Source: a virus
DNA: 5,681 bases
Reading direction: 5' to 3' (one strand)
IMG/VR virus record: IMGVR_UViG_3300045988_002123
Span: 1 to 5,681 of that record
The notes beneath the pieces are model-generated. The model ran no database searches and was not told the origin of the DNA. It saw nothing but the letters and a program-made list of their open reading frames with translations. This document shows, piece after piece, positions 4,649 through 5,681 of this stretch. How positions within the stretch are numbered: position 1 is the first letter of the stretch; the number at the start of each line of letters is the position of its first letter. The position numbers were made by a program, and so were the translations under genes.

Positions 4649-5443
4649 ATGGCATTTTCACTGTTATCAGCAATACCAATGATCACAGGCGGTATCAACG
4701 CAGTAAGCGGGCTTGTATCAAGTGGTGCACAACTGGCAAATGCGTTTAAAGGCATGTCAGGCGGCGGGACAAGCTGGAATCAAAGCGGAAACGTCAGCCA
4801 TGGAGAAAGCGCAAGCACAGGTGCAAGCGGCGTAGACTACAACGCAGCACAAGCAATGAACGCCAATCTATGGAATCAAGCACTTGCAGGACAAAGCGCA
4901 CAAGCAACACAGAACGCAAAAAACAGCATCTATGCGATGGGCTTAAACACCTTAGGAGCAATTACACAGGGCGTATATAACAAAATCTCACAAGATACAG
5001 CCATGAACTACAATTCAGCAGAAGCGCAAAAAGCTAGAGACTGGTCAGAAAAAATGAGCAACACGGCCTATCAAAGAGCCGTAAAAGACATGAGAGCAGC
5101 AGGAATCAACCCGATTCTTGCGTATACACAGGGTGGAGCAAGCACACCAAGCAGCGCACAAGGAACAGCAAGCGCACAGAGTATCAGTGCGCCAAGTGTA
5201 GGGACACAATCAAGCGGAATGCCGACACCGCAGCAACCGTTGCCGGGGTGGAGCAAAACAGAAAGCTGGTCAAAAACAGATTCAAGCGGATACAGCACAG
5301 GGGGCAGCACGCAAAGCTATGGGTCAAAATGGATAGACATACCAAACGGAGAACTTAAAAACTGGTTAAGCGAAGATAAACCATCAGCCTTTAAAGCAGG
5401 CGGCGGAAGAACGCAAGGCGGCGGTGGCGGAAGAGGAAGGTGA
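4649..5443 (+). CDS. VP2: Minor capsid / DNA pilot protein VP2
   Basis: The 264-aa product has a hydrophobic N-terminus (MAFSLLSAIPMITGGINAVSGLV). Its conserved core DWSEKMSNTAYQRAVKDMRAAGINPILAY (5039-5125) matches the (MSNTA-x-QR...AG-L/I-NPIL) signature of gokushovirus VP2. The remainder is S/G/Q-rich low complexity with a GGGRTQGGGGGRGR tail. It is positioned directly after VP1. Confidence 0.88.
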   Translation: MAFSLLSAIPMITGGINAVSGLVSSGAQLANAFKGMSGGGTSWNQSGNVSHGESASTGASGVDYNAAQAMNANLWNQALAGQSAQATQNAKNSIYAMGLNTLGAITQGVYNKISQDTAMNYNSAEAQKARDWSEKMSNTAYQRAVKDMRAAGINPILAYTQGGASTPSSAQGTASAQSISAPSVGTQSSGMPTPQQPLPGWSKTESWSKTDSSGYSTGGSTQSYGSKWIDIPNGELKNWLSEDKPSAFKAGGGRTQGGGGGRGR

Positions 5444-5447
5444 AAAA

Positions 5448-5681
5448 ATGGGATGCAGTAGGCCGTTAATCCGGTTCTATTCTCCTGAAAACAAAGAAGT
5501 CAGCGGCAGGGTTTACACCCTGTCGCGTTTTTGTAAGGAGAGAGCACACAAAAATCTTAAATATGAAGATTTGATGTACAGAACGGATGTAATGTTAATA
5601 CCATGTGGACAGTGTATAGGATGTAGAATTGCACAACGTGAGGACTGGACAACAAGAATTGAAATGGAAGCAAGAGGATAT
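5448..5681 (+). CDS. VP4: Replication initiator protein VP4, N-terminal 78 codons (continues at base 56 of the window after removing the terminal redundancy; full protein 340 aa)
   Basis: The ATG at 5448 has SD GAGGAAGG (5433-5440) upstream. The translation is MGCSRPLIRFYSPENKEVSGRVYTLSRFCKERAHKNLKYEDLMYRTDVMLIPCGQCIGCRIAQREDWTTRIEMEARGY. The IPCGxCIGCR cysteine cluster is a conserved N-terminal element of gokushovirus VP4. It is in frame with 38-844 across the 5,626-nt circle. Confidence 0.9.
   Translation, partial: MGCSRPLIRFYSPENKEVSGRVYTLSRFCKERAHKNLKYEDLMYRTDVMLIPCGQCIGCRIAQREDWTTRIEMEARGY
5627..5681. repeat. Terminal redundancy, copy 2 (identical to 1-55)
   Basis: 55/55 identity with bases 1-55, read directly. 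Confidence 0.97.

Larger units (their letters stand above)
1..5626 (+). other. One complete unit of a circular ssDNA Microviridae (gokushovirus-like) genome, 5,626 nt, all genes co-oriented on +
   Basis: A full microvirus gene set (VP1, VP2, VP3, VP4/Rep, VP5-like, J/VP8-like) sits in about 5.6 kb. A 55-nt exact terminal redundancy closes the circle. The Rep reading frame is continuous across the junction: 5448 and 38+5626=5664 are in the same frame. Confidence 0.92.

Noticed and set aside
557-5310. All minus-strand ORFs in the track (557-766, 1337-1579, 1607-1867, 2346-2540, 2420-2617, 2686-2931, 3094-3282, 3141-3329, 3289-3507, 3518-3709, 3684-3911, 3965-4177, 5071-5310)
   Set aside because: Each lies antisense to a well-supported + strand gene. 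Their products are low-complexity, F/L/C/V-rich, as expected from reading an A-rich sense strand backwards. None has an SD or promoter. Microviridae express genes from one strand only.
5200-5443. Low-complexity S/G/Q-rich segment and GGGRTQGGGGGRGR tail of VP2 as a possible separate domain or repeat element
   Set aside because: It is contiguous, in frame and without nucleotide-level tandem repeats. As I recall, compositionally biased regions are common in microvirus pilot proteins. Nothing in the sequence supports a distinct feature.

Overview
The window is one complete, circularly permuted genome of a small ssDNA phage of the family Microviridae (gokushovirus-like). It is not a piece of a bacterial chromosome. 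Bases 1-55 are identical to bases 5627-5681, so the true unit is a 5,626-nt circle, and the linearisation point falls inside the replication initiator gene. All supportable genes are on the + strand and tightly packed, with 1-14 nt gaps or overlaps and ATGA/GTGA-type junctions. Eight of the nine genes have a Shine-Dalgarno (SD) at normal spacing. VP2 is the exception and is discussed below. Gene order on the circle is: Rep/VP4 (wraps the junction), a 535-nt non-coding region, an M15-family zinc peptidase (putative endolysin), two small orphan ORFs, a 39-aa basic J/VP8-like DNA-binding peptide, an 80-aa VP5-like small protein, the VP3 internal scaffold, the VP1 major capsid protein, and the VP2 pilot/minor capsid protein. 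Three coding features are missing from the supplied ORF track: 1775-1897, 2110-2229, and the Rep N-terminus at 5448-5681. The least explained part is the 845-1379 intergenic region, about 9.5% of a very compact genome. It contains a perfect 13-bp hairpin, a twin alternating purine-pyrimidine (Z-DNA-prone) CpG-rich tract flanked by AT-rich DNA, an array of GTTGAAA / GTGGAAA(A)TGTTGAAA repeats that includes DnaA-box-like motifs, a GC-rich island, and a perfect consensus sigma70 promoter. There is no tRNA, rRNA, CRISPR array, integrase or lysogeny module. All minus-strand ORFs and the alternative-frame ORFs inside VP1 look like artefacts of a T-poor coding strand. The consistent SD usage suggests a non-Bacteroidetes host, possibly Firmicutes-like. 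That host call is inference only.
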